Below are positions 9,081-17,100 of a DNA stretch of 25,114 nt, in pieces; within the stretch, counting starts at the first letter, position 1; every line of letters begins with the position of its first letter. The DNA lies in the NCBI GenBank assembly GCA_040289515.1, contig PSLI01000032.1, forward strand, positions 1 through 25,114. The letters are read 5' to 3'. The DNA is from Candidatus Sysuimicrobiota bacterium (lineage in GTDB: Bacteria > Sysuimicrobiota > Sysuimicrobiia > Sysuimicrobiales > Sysuimicrobiaceae). The translations under genes were made by a program, and so were the position numbers. The notes beneath the pieces were generated by a model. The model saw only the letters and a list, made by a program, of their open reading frames with translations. It was not told the DNA's origin and did no database searches.

Positions 9081-10453
9081 CGAGCCCGCAGGACCTCCAC
9101 CACGTGTTCCAGGCCCACCGCGCGGGACCCTTTCACCAGCACCAAGTCCCCGGGGGCCACCTGCACGGCTACGACCTCCGCAGCAGCCCGGGCGTCTGCG
9201 ACCCACTGGACCTGCGGCAGACCCAGCTCCCGAGCCGCCTCCGCCAGCTCCCGAGCACCCTCGCCCACGGCCAGCAGGAACCCCACACCCTCCTCCACGC
9301 ACCGCCGCGCCACCTCCCGGTGTGCCGCCTCGTGCAGGGGACCCAGCTCCCGCATCTCCCCGAGCACCGCCACTACCCGGCGGCCCGCCCGCAAGGCCCT
9401 CACCGCCTCCAGCGCCGCCTCCACGGACAGGGGGCTTGCGTTGTACGTGTCGTTCACCACCAGCACGTCCTGCGAAGTGCGGTGGATTTCCAACCGCATG
9501 GGGGGCGGCCGGAACTCCCGCAAGGCTTCCACCGCGTCCCGTAGGGGGACCCCCGCATGGATTCCCACCGCCAGGGCCGCCAGGGCATTGGACACCAAGG
9601 CGGGGGCAGGGATGGCCAGCTCTCCACGCGCCACACCCTGCTCAGTCCGCACCCGGAAGCGCACCCCCGTCGGGGTCACCTCCACTTCTTCCGCGCGAAC
9701 CGTGCAGTCATGCCCAAGCCCGTACAGCACCACCCGTGCCCGGGTGTGTGCCGCCATGGCCCGTACCCGTGGGTCGTCCCCGTTCAACACCGCCACGCCC
9801 TCCACGGGGAGCGCCTGGACCAGCTCCGCTTTCGCCCAGGCCACCTGGTCCACAGACCCGAGCTGCTCCGTGTGGACGGCCCCCACGCGGGTCACCACGC
9901 CCACCGTGGGTCGCACCACGTGGCACAGCTGCCCGATCTGCCCCAGTCCGCGCATGGCCAGCTCCACCACCGCGTAACGGTGCTCGGGCCGCAGGCCGAA
10001 CACCGCGAGGGGAACACCAAGCTCCGCGTTCCATTCCGGCCGCGAGGCCCACGTGGAGAAGCCCGTCCTCAGCACCGCGGCCACCATCTGCACGGTGGTG
10101 GATTTGCCCACGCTGCCCGTGACGCCCACCACCGTGGCGGAGAACCGAGCACGCCAGGCAGCAGCGAGGGGCAACAAGGCCCGGCGGGTGTCCTCCACGT
10201 GCACCAGGGCCAACGGCGCCCGCACAGGCCGGGACACCAGGGCGGCTACGGCTCCCCGGCGCGCCGCATCCACCACGAAGTCGTGACCGTCCTGCCTTGG
10301 CCCGGGCAAGGCCACGAACAGCGCCCCCGGCCGGCAAAGGCGGCTGTCCGTGTGCACGGACAGAAGCGGGGTCCTGGGGTCGCCCCAGACCCCCTGCGCG
10401 CCCGTGGCCTGCGCCACCTCCTCCACGGTGAGCACGGGGGTTTCCGTGGTCAC
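9077..10453 (-). CDS. murF: UDP-MurNAc-tripeptide--D-Ala-D-Ala ligase
   Basis: DGHDF, GVTGSVGKSTT, NDTYNASP, LGEMRELG and LVKGSR motifs. GTG start overlaps the murE stop. Confidence 0.95.
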   Translation of the reverse strand: MTTETPVLTVEEVAQATGAQGVWGDPRTPLLSVHTDSRLCRPGALFVALPGPRQDGHDFVVDAARRGAVAALVSRPVRAPLALVHVEDTRRALLPLAAAWRARFSATVVGVTGSVGKSTTVQMVAAVLRTGFSTWASRPEWNAELGVPLAVFGLRPEHRYAVVELAMRGLGQIGQLCHVVRPTVGVVTRVGAVHTEQLGSVDQVAWAKAELVQALPVEGVAVLNGDDPRVRAMAAHTRARVVLYGLGHDCTVRAEEVEVTPTGVRFRVRTEQGVARGELAIPAPALVSNALAALAVGIHAGVPLRDAVEALREFRPPPMRLEIHRTSQDVLVVNDTYNASPLSVEAALEAVRALRAGRRVVAVLGEMRELGPLHEAAHREVARRCVEEGVGFLLAVGEGARELAEAARELGLPQVQWVADARAAAEVVAVQVAPGDLVLVKGSRAVGLEHVVEVLRAR

Positions 10454-11925
10454 GGTCCTGTAGCGTCCCAGCCCAGCTCCCGCAGCACCCTGCGGGCCTC
10501 CTCCCGGTCGTCGAAAGGCACCGCCCGGTCGGCGAACACCTGGGCAGCCTCGTGCCCCTTCCCGCAAATGAGCACCGCGTCCCCCGGTGCGGCAAGCCGC
10601 AGGGCCATGCGGATGGCCTGGCGACGGTCCGGCTCCACCGCGTACCCGGCCGGGCTGGGTGGATCCCGCATCCCCGCCAGGATGTCCTGCACGATGCTCA
10701 TGGGATCCTCGCTGCGAGGGTTGTCGCTGGTCACCACCACATAGTCCGCCATCCGAGAAGCCACACGGCCCATCTGGGGCCGCTTGGCCCGGTCGCGGTC
10801 TCCCCCGCACCCGAACACCACGATCAGCCGACCCGGGGTGATCTCCCGGGCTGTGGCCAACACGTGGGCCAAGCCGTCTGGGGTGTGCGCGTAGTCCACC
10901 ACCACAGAGAAGGGCTGCCCGCACTCGATGCGCTCGAACCGGCCGGGGATCTGCTGCACGGACTGCAGGGCGCGCACGGCTTGTTCCAGGGGCACGCCCC
11001 GGTGCACCGCCACCGCCAGGGCACACAGGGCGTTGTACACGTTGAACCGGCCCAGCAGCCGCAGGCGCACCTCCACGCGCCCTGCCGGGGTGACCGCCTC
11101 GAAGGTGCTGCCGTCTCGGTCTACGTGCACACGGGTAGCCCGCACGTCCGCCCGGCTGGCTAGCCCGTACGTGAGGACCGGGGCCCGGCTGCGCGAGGCC
11201 ATGTAGGCACCGTGGGGATCGTCGCGGTTCACCACGCTGAGCCCGTCAGGGTCCACCCGCTGGAACAGCCTGGCCTTGGCGTCCCGGTACGCCTCCAGGG
11301 TGCCGTGGTAGTCCAGGTGGTCCTGGGTCAGGTTGGTGAAGGCGGCCACGCGGAAGCGTACCCCGCCCACGCGTTCCTGGGCCAGCGCGTGCGAAGCCAC
11401 CTCCACTGCCGCCGCCCGCAGGCCTGCCTGCACCATGCGGGCCAACAGGGCGTGCAGGTCGGGAGCCTCGGGCGTGGTGCGCTCCAAGGGCTCCCACCGG
11501 GAGCCCAACCAAGCACCCAGGGTCCCCACCACACCGCACGGGGTCCCCGCTTCTTCCAGCACGGCACGCACGAGGAGCGCCACGGTCCCCTTGCCGTTGG
11601 TGCCGGTGATGCCCACCACCTCCAGCTGGTGGGACGGGTGGCCCCAGAAGGCGGACGCCAAGGGTCCCATGGCCTCGCGCACGGACGATACCACCACCTG
11701 CGGGACCGCCACCGGGAGCTGCCGCTCCACCAGCAGCGCGGCCGCTCCACGGGCGCACGCTTCGGAAGCGAAGTCGTGGCCGTCGAATCGCCGGCCCACC
11801 ACGGCGCAGAACAGATCCCCCGGCCGAACCCGGCGGGCGTCGTAGGCGATCCCCGACACCTCCACGGAGTCCGGGCCGTACAGCCGCCAACCGTGCAGGG
11901 TTGCAAGGAGTTCTCGAAGACGCAA
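10450..11925 (-). CDS. murE: UDP-MurNAc-dipeptide--meso-diaminopimelate ligase
   Basis: TTPEAPDL, FTNLTQDHLDYH, VDYAHTPD, FGCGGDRD, SDNPRSEDP (DNPR is the meso-DAP-type motif) and GKGHE. TTG start at 11925 has a GGAGG SD and gives MRLRELL; alternative ATG at 11955. Confidence 0.95.
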   Translation of the reverse strand: MRLRELLATLHGWRLYGPDSVEVSGIAYDARRVRPGDLFCAVVGRRFDGHDFASEACARGAAALLVERQLPVAVPQVVVSSVREAMGPLASAFWGHPSHQLEVVGITGTNGKGTVALLVRAVLEEAGTPCGVVGTLGAWLGSRWEPLERTTPEAPDLHALLARMVQAGLRAAAVEVASHALAQERVGGVRFRVAAFTNLTQDHLDYHGTLEAYRDAKARLFQRVDPDGLSVVNRDDPHGAYMASRSRAPVLTYGLASRADVRATRVHVDRDGSTFEAVTPAGRVEVRLRLLGRFNVYNALCALAVAVHRGVPLEQAVRALQSVQQIPGRFERIECGQPFSVVVDYAHTPDGLAHVLATAREITPGRLIVVFGCGGDRDRAKRPQMGRVASRMADYVVVTSDNPRSEDPMSIVQDILAGMRDPPSPAGYAVEPDRRQAIRMALRLAAPGDAVLICGKGHEAAQVFADRAVPFDDREEARRVLRELGWDATGP

Positions 11926-11953
11926 CCCGGCCTCCGGCCGCTGAACTCTTCCC

Positions 11954-11959
11954 ATTATA
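11954..11959 (-). promoter_or_regulatory. Putative sigma-70 -10 element (TATAAT) upstream of murE
   Basis: Perfect TATAAT on the minus strand in the ftsI-murE gap of a very GC-rich sequence. No convincing -35 at canonical spacing. Confidence 0.4.
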
Positions 11960-11972
11960 GGTGTCCCAGAGT

Positions 11973-13739
11973 TCAGTCACCCCCGTAGCGCCGTCCTCCT
12001 GGGGGCGCTGTGGAGCTCGGGGGCACGCCCAGCAGCCACAGCACCTGTGAAGCTATGCGGCCGAACGCCGGCGCTGCCACCACGCCCCCGTAGTACGCGC
12101 CCTGAGGCTCATCCACCACCACGGCCACCGCCACCCGGGGACGGTCCGCGGGAGCTACCCCCACGAAGGACGCCACGTACCGGCCTGGGGCGTAGCCGCC
12201 GTGCGGGGAGGGTTTCTGCGCGGTGCCGGTCTTGCCCGCCAACCGGTACCCCTGCACGACGGCCGCACTGCCGGTGCCGTCGGTGACGGCGCGCTCCATC
12301 ATGCGCAGCAGGGCCCCCGTCACGGAGCTGGACAGAACCCGCACCGGCTCGCCGTCCGCAGCTAACCTGCGCAGGCTCCCTCCGGGCTCCCGCAAAGCAG
12401 CGCCCACGTGCGGCCGCACCAGAAGCCCACCGTTGGCCAGGGCGGCTACGAACCGCAAAAGCTGCAGGGGGGTGACGGCCACCCCCTGCCCGATGGCCAC
12501 CACGTACGGGTCGGTGCTGGACCACTCCGCGAGCGGCCGGAGGATCCCCGGCGATTCGCCCGGGAGGTCCACGCCCGTGGGCCCACCGAATCCGAACCGC
12601 AGCAGGGCGCGGTAGAGCCGCTGGGCGCCCAAAGCGGAACCCACCTGAGCGGAGGCTACGTTGCAGGACAGCCGTACCACGTCCGGTACTTCCACCTGCC
12701 CGTGCGCCTCCCCGTGTGCCTCCCGGATGATGTAACCGTCCGGGATGCGCAACAACCCCTGACACAAGAAGCGCGAGCGCTCGTAGATCACTCCCGCTTC
12801 CAGACCCGCGGCGAGGACCGCCAGCTTCAGCGTAGAACCCGGCTCGTAGGCCTCCAGGGCGCGGTTGCGCCAGACCTGCGAAGCGCCGCCAGGCTCGTTG
12901 GGATCAAAGGCGGGCATGCTGGCCACCGCCAGCAGCTCGCCCGTGCGCACGTCCATCACCAGCGCGGCACCGCCACGAGCCCGGTGCTCCTGCAATGCGC
13001 GCTCCAGCTCGCGCTCCACCACGTGTTGGATCACGCTGTCCAGGGTGAGAATCAAGTCGGCGCCCTGCCGTCCCGGGGACGCCACCTGTCGGCCTTCCAG
13101 AATCTCCCGGCCCAGGGCGTCCCGCACCCGGATGACCCGGGAAGCCTGCCCGCGCAGGGCCGGGTCGTAGCGAAGCTCCACGCCCGCCAGGCCCTGGTTG
13201 TCCACCCCGGTGAATCCCAGCACGTGGGCGGCCAGGGAACCCGCGGGGTAGACGCGCTTTTCCTCCGGTTCGAACCCCAGCTGTCCAGCCAGCTTTAGCT
13301 GCCGCAGGCGGTCGGCGGTCTCAGGTCGCACCTGCCGGGCTAGCCACACGAAGTACCCGCCCCGGCGCAGCCGCTCCAGCACCGCGGCGGGCTCCAGCCC
13401 CAGGAGGGGTGCCACGCGGCGTGCAAAGTCCACTGGGTCCTGCACGGCTCTGGGGACCGCGTACACCGACTCGCGCACCACGTTGGCCGCCAGCTCTCGG
13501 CCCGCCCGGTCGAAGATCCGTCCCCGGGAGGCGGGCAGCGTCACGGACTCCACGTGCTGCCTGTAGCCCAGCTGCCGCAGGTGGTCGAAGCGCGGCGTTT
13601 GCAGGTACGCCACCCGGCCGGCCACCGCCAAGAGCGCCACCAGCCACCCCGCGGCCACCACCTTGAGCCGACGCCGGGAAAGGCTCAGCACCTGTGGGAA
13701 CCCGGAGCGGGCCCCCGGAGGAACGGCTTTGCGCCTCAT
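11973..13739 (-). CDS. ftsI: Class B penicillin-binding protein (FtsI/PBP3-type transpeptidase)
   Basis: N-terminal TM helix, RGRIFDR and GLAGVE motifs. Catalytic motifs SxxK (EPGSTLK), SxN (SCN) and KTG (GKTGTAQK) are present. ATG at 13739 overlaps the ftsL stop; no PASTA domain evident. Confidence 0.93.
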   Translation of the reverse strand: MRRKAVPPGARSGFPQVLSLSRRRLKVVAAGWLVALLAVAGRVAYLQTPRFDHLRQLGYRQHVESVTLPASRGRIFDRAGRELAANVVRESVYAVPRAVQDPVDFARRVAPLLGLEPAAVLERLRRGGYFVWLARQVRPETADRLRQLKLAGQLGFEPEEKRVYPAGSLAAHVLGFTGVDNQGLAGVELRYDPALRGQASRVIRVRDALGREILEGRQVASPGRQGADLILTLDSVIQHVVERELERALQEHRARGGAALVMDVRTGELLAVASMPAFDPNEPGGASQVWRNRALEAYEPGSTLKLAVLAAGLEAGVIYERSRFLCQGLLRIPDGYIIREAHGEAHGQVEVPDVVRLSCNVASAQVGSALGAQRLYRALLRFGFGGPTGVDLPGESPGILRPLAEWSSTDPYVVAIGQGVAVTPLQLLRFVAALANGGLLVRPHVGAALREPGGSLRRLAADGEPVRVLSSSVTGALLRMMERAVTDGTGSAAVVQGYRLAGKTGTAQKPSPHGGYAPGRYVASFVGVAPADRPRVAVAVVVDEPQGAYYGGVVAAPAFGRIASQVLWLLGVPPSSTAPPGGRRYGGD

Positions 13740-14194
13740 GGGCGGTTGCGTTCCGCGGCGGATGCGACGGCCTCGGACAACAGCCGGGCCACCTGCTGCC
13801 ACCAGGGCGCGCCGGGGGCTGCGGGCGCGGTGGCCAGGGCGGTCGGCAGCCACACCGCCGCCAGCTGGTTCGGGTCTGGCGGCTGCAACCCCATTCGCGA
13901 GGCCAACCGTTCAAGGCGCTGCGGCCTGCGCAGGGACGCCACCTGGGTGCGCAGGACGTCCCGCTCCCGCTCCAACCGGGCCACCTGTGCCCGCAGGACA
14001 TGCAGCCGGTAGCCCGCTTGGGCTGCTTGGCTCTCCAGCCACACGTGGCCCAACAGGGGCGTAGCCACCAGGACCATCACCGCGAGGCCCCTGGCCACCG
14101 GGTGCGTTCGCCTGGGCCGTGCTGGGGTCTTGGGCGCAGCCTCCTCTGGAAGAAGCACCGGATACGTGCGGTGCTTGCGCTGCGGTGCGATCAC
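13736..14194 (-). CDS. ftsL: Cell division protein FtsL-like
   Basis: Single TM helix followed by a coiled coil (GYRLHVLRAQVARLERERDVLRTQVASLRRPQRLERLASRMGL). Lies between rsmH and ftsI with 4-bp overlaps at both ends. Confidence 0.8.
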   Translation of the reverse strand: MIAPQRKHRTYPVLLPEEAAPKTPARPRRTHPVARGLAVMVLVATPLLGHVWLESQAAQAGYRLHVLRAQVARLERERDVLRTQVASLRRPQRLERLASRMGLQPPDPNQLAAVWLPTALATAPAAPGAPWWQQVARLLSEAVASAAERNRP

Positions 14195-15099
14195 CGCTGC
14201 ACCTCCACCCGCTCTGCGACCCGCAGGCGCGCGCTGCGGGCTCTCGGGTTCCGGAGCACCTCCTCCCGCGAGGGCCGCACCGGCTTGCGCACCAGCGGCC
14301 GCAGCCGAGGGTCCAGCTGGAAGGCCTGCTTCACGATCCGGTCCTCCAGGGAGTGGAAGGAGATCACCGCCACCCGGCCGCCGAGTCGCAGGACCTCGGG
14401 GACCTGATGCAGGGCAGCCTGCAGGGCCTCCAGCTCCCGGTTCGTGGCGATCCGCAGGGCTTGGAACGTGCGGGTGGCCACGTGGATGCGGCGCGGCCAG
14501 CGGTGAGGCGGCACAGCGGCGCTGATGGCTTCCACCAGGTCGGTGGTGGTGCGCAGGGGCCGGCGGCGGACGATGGAGCGGGCGATGCGTCGCGCAAAGG
14601 GCTCCTCTCCGTACCGCCGCAGGAGCTCGGCCAGCTCCCGCTCCGGGAGGTTGTTCACCAGGTCCCCGGCGGTGGTGGGCTGTTCTGGGTCCATGCGCAT
14701 GTCCAGGGGCCCGTGCAGCTGGAAGCTGAAGCCGCGTTCAGCTCGCCGCAGCTGCAGGCTCGAAATCCCCAGGTCGAACAGGATCCCGTGGCCCTCCGGC
14801 AGGCCCGCCTCCTGCAGGAGGATCCGCAGCTGGGCAAAGTCCCCTCGCACCAGCCGCACCCGACCCGGAAAGCGCGCAAGGCGCCAGCCCGCCACTCCCA
14901 GCGCCTCCGGGTCGCGGTCGATACCCACCAGCTGGCCGGTAGGGCTGGAGGCCTCCAGGATCCGTTCCGCGTGTCCTCCCGTGCCCACGGTGGCGTCCAC
15001 GTAGATCCCGCCCGGCCGCACCTGCAGCCACTCCAGCACGGCCTCCGCCAGGACGGGGAGGTGCTCGGGCTCAGTCCCGCTCGCGTTACGGGGCACCAC
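14191..15099 (-). CDS. rsmH: 16S rRNA m4C1402 methyltransferase RsmH (MraW)
   Basis: HLPVL, DATVGTGGH, DLGISSLQL, RGFSF, PLDMRM, ATRTFQALRI, ISFHSLEDRIVK and NPRARSARLR motifs. Start uncertain: GTG 15099, or in-frame GTG 15255 preceded by AGGTGG. Confidence 0.95.
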   Translation of the reverse strand: MVPRNASGTEPEHLPVLAEAVLEWLQVRPGGIYVDATVGTGGHAERILEASSPTGQLVGIDRDPEALGVAGWRLARFPGRVRLVRGDFAQLRILLQEAGLPEGHGILFDLGISSLQLRRAERGFSFQLHGPLDMRMDPEQPTTAGDLVNNLPERELAELLRRYGEEPFARRIARSIVRRRPLRTTTDLVEAISAAVPPHRWPRRIHVATRTFQALRIATNRELEALQAALHQVPEVLRLGGRVAVISFHSLEDRIVKQAFQLDPRLRPLVRKPVRPSREEVLRNPRARSARLRVAERVEVQR

Positions 15100-15245
15100 G
15101 CGGAGGGATCGGGGCCCGGGTTGGGTTCGTCCGCGCTGCGTCGGTTGGACGTGGAGCAGGGGGTTGGAGCGAGCGACGGTGCGTGAGCGCGGCGTACTCG
15201 CTGTGTCGGGATGCAGCCCGGGCCCCGGTCTCTGCGCGTGTGCTT
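15091..15245. other. Long imperfect inverted repeat / candidate structured RNA between mraZ and rsmH
   Basis: 15091-15123 pairs with 15214-15245 (26 Watson-Crick pairs, 5 G-U on the + strand, 1 mismatch, 1 bulge). Inner stems are 15131-15137/15186-15192 and 15139-15143/15174-15178. Confidence 0.5.
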
Positions 15246-15262
15246 GGCCGTCCACGGCCCAC

Positions 15263-15685
15263 CTACAGGTTCAGCCCGCGTAGGCCCTCCAGCAACGCCG
15301 ATTCGTCCTCCGCGGTGCTCTGGAGGTACGCGTGCCAGCGTTCCTTGCTCCAGACCTCCACCTTGTTCACCAGCCCCACCACCACGGCCTCCCGCGTAAT
15401 GCCCGCGTGGTCCCGCAGGGGCTGGGGCAACAGGAACCTGCCCTGCCGGTCCAGCTCGCACTCCACCGCGGAGCCCAGCAGGTAGCGTACGAGCCTGCGA
15501 TTCTCCAGGGGTTCGGCACCCAGCTTGGCCTCCACTCGCTGCCACTCCAGCAACGGATACAGGACGACGCACCCGTCGAACCCCCGTGTTGCCACGAAGC
15601 GGTCCCCCATGGGGCCCCTGAACCTGGGTGGCATCACCAGCCGCCCGCGGTCGTCCAGGGTGTACTCGTACTCGCCTTTGAGCAC
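15263..15685 (-). CDS. mraZ: Transcriptional regulator MraZ
   Basis: Two DxxGR repeats (LDDRGRL, LDRQGRF), TRGFDGC and VVVGLVNKVEVWS. First gene of the dcw operon. Confidence 0.97.
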   Translation of the reverse strand: MLKGEYEYTLDDRGRLVMPPRFRGPMGDRFVATRGFDGCVVLYPLLEWQRVEAKLGAEPLENRRLVRYLLGSAVECELDRQGRFLLPQPLRDHAGITREAVVVGLVNKVEVWSKERWHAYLQSTAEDESALLEGLRGLNL

Positions 15686-15690
15686 GTTCC

Positions 15691-15735
15691 CCCACCGATT
15701 GGGAGCTTATTCCAAGAATCCCCACGTTTCCCCAC
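15691..15735 (-). promoter_or_regulatory. MraZ-binding direct repeats (GTGGG, 10-bp phase)
   Basis: Minus-strand GTGGG at 15735-15731 and 15725-15721, TTGGA at 15715-15711, and GTGGG at 15695-15691, all in 10-bp register directly upstream of mraZ. Confidence 0.75.
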
Positions 15736-15906
15736 TACGCTCAAAAAGAGCACGAGTCCTTCCAGACTGCAAGCAAATCACGCAATCAGTGCTGGTTCCG
15801 AAACAACGTTCGATACTGTTTGGACGGGGGTAATACGTACCGATTCCGGGGACGACGCCAGGCCCGCTGGCGCAGGGGATTCGGTGAAAGGGTTGCTCAC
15901 TTATTT

Positions 15907-16210
15907 TCAGGTCCCGCTAGCGGGGCTTTGGTACCCGTCCACCAGGGCCCGCCGCCAGTCTGTGTCCACCAGGGCGTCCCGCTCCTCCGGAGACGCCAGG
16001 GCCACCTCTTCTACGAACCCGCACTCGCGGAGCTGGGCCGCGGCTGCCCTCATGGCTACCAGAGCTGCCCTCTGAAGCTCCGCGGGGTAAATGGCAACGT
16101 ACACGGTCTCGAACCCGCACCGCTCCACCACCCGAGCGGACAGGGGGTCGAACACCGCCGGGGGCAGGATTACGGGGCCTCCACAGCCGGTCCCGGCAGC
16201 CGCGGACGCA
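15907..16210 (-). pseudogene. Isocitrate lyase/PEP mutase family gene with a large internal deletion
   Basis: N-terminal motif PVILPPAVFDPLSARVVERCGFETVY is joined directly to the C-terminal segment VAIYP...RAALVAMRAAAAQLRECG...SPEERDALVD. The catalytic core (e.g. KxCGH loop) is missing. 5' boundary approximate. Confidence 0.7.
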
Positions 16211-16214
16211 CGTG

Positions 16215-16513
16215 CGCCCTGGGTGGGCTGCGGGACGGGTGCCGGTGCTCGCAAGCGCCGCAGGGCTACTACCACGGCCAGCAGGCCCAACCCCGCGGTG
16301 TCGGTGAGGAGGCCCGGCTTGATGCGTAGCAGCGCGGCGCCGAACAGCAAAACCCGCTCCACTCCGCTGGCGAGTCGCAGCAGGTGCCCCACCACCGCCC
16401 CCGCCAGGCATAAGGTACCCACCCCCCGTGATGGCCGCCCACAGGATCTCGTACCAGTGCCCCTGCATAAGCAGCGCAGGTCCGAACACGAACATGTAGA
16501 GCACGACGAACCC
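16215..16513 (-). pseudogene. TRAP transporter fused (4TM/12TM) permease, C-terminal fragment, frameshifted
   Basis: GFVVLYMFVFGPALLMQGHWYEILWAAIT, then after a frame change near the G6 run (16422-16427) GTLCLAGAVVGHL...ERVLLFGAALLRIKPGLLTDTAGLGL. This resembles the C-terminus of fused TRAP permeases. Confidence 0.72.
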
Positions 16514-16519
16514 CTCCTG

Positions 16520-16684
16520 CCGGACAACACGAGCGACAACACCCCCGGTAGTGACTACGAGTTGGTGCCGAAAGACCGCGTGCGCATCGCCGTCCTCGTG
16601 AAGGGGTTCGGGGCCGAGATGACCAGCGCCCTCCGCATGTTCCCGGCCACCGCGGGCAAGGAAGCCGTCAAGCAATTCGTGGCA
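16520..16684 (+). pseudogene. Fe-S hydro-lyase (fumarase/tartrate dehydratase type) alpha subunit, internal fragment
   Basis: DNTSDNTP...YELVPKDRVRIAVLVKGFGAEMTSALRMF...GKEAVKQFV resembles the NTGDNTP...PKGFGSENMS region of class I fumarase/TtdA alpha subunits. No start or end. Confidence 0.72.
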
Positions 16685-16685
16685 G

Positions 16686-16844
16686 GTGGGCGGGGCAGGG
16701 GCTTTGCTGGCCCGACACATCCTCCGGGCTCGCCCCGTGGCCTACGAGGACCTGGGTACGGAGGTCGTGTGGGAGCTGGAGTTCGACCGCTTCCCCGCCT
16801 TGGTGGTGAACGACGCCCGCGGTCGGGACTTGTATACCTCCTGA
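16686..16844 (+). pseudogene. Fe-S hydro-lyase beta subunit, C-terminal fragment
   Basis: Reads VGGAGALLARHILRARPVAYEDLGTEVVWELEFDRFPALVVNDARGRDLYTS*, the characteristic C-terminus of fumarase/TtdB beta subunits. Not in the ORF track. Confidence 0.8.
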
Positions 16845-16854
16845 CGGGAAGCGT

Positions 16855-17100
16855 ATGCCCGGCCCTGACCCTACTGCGATTTGCGGGAGGGCGCGCGCGG
16901 GCTGTGCGCGTGCTTTCCGGAAGCGTACTGGCGGGAGCTGGGCGAGCGGGATGCGTACCCAGAGGAGTTCGCGTAGGCCATGACGGAGGCAGGCTACCTG
17001 GCAGCCCTCATCCCCCAGGAGTACGGAGGTGCGGGGCTCGGCGTGGCGGAGGCCTCCGTGATCCTGGAAGAGATTTGCCGCTGCGGTGGCAACGCCGCGC
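16855..17100 (+). pseudogene. Acyl-CoA dehydrogenase, N-terminal fragment
   Basis: LREGARGLCACFPEAYWREL...YPEEFA*AMTEAGYLAALIPQEYGGAGLGVAEASVILEEICRCGGNAA. In-frame TAG at 16974-16976; the ATG at 16855 is out of frame; truncated after about 75 codons. Confidence 0.8.

Noticed and set aside
15856..15924. Short hairpins CGCCAG-N5-CTGGCG and CCCGCTAGCGGG as terminators
   Set aside because: Six-bp GC stems without a properly placed U-tract are expected by chance at this GC content.
16974..16976. In-frame TAG as pyrrolysine or readthrough
   Set aside because: The same gene is also frameshifted and truncated, and TAG is used as a normal stop elsewhere in the window. A nonsense mutation is simpler.
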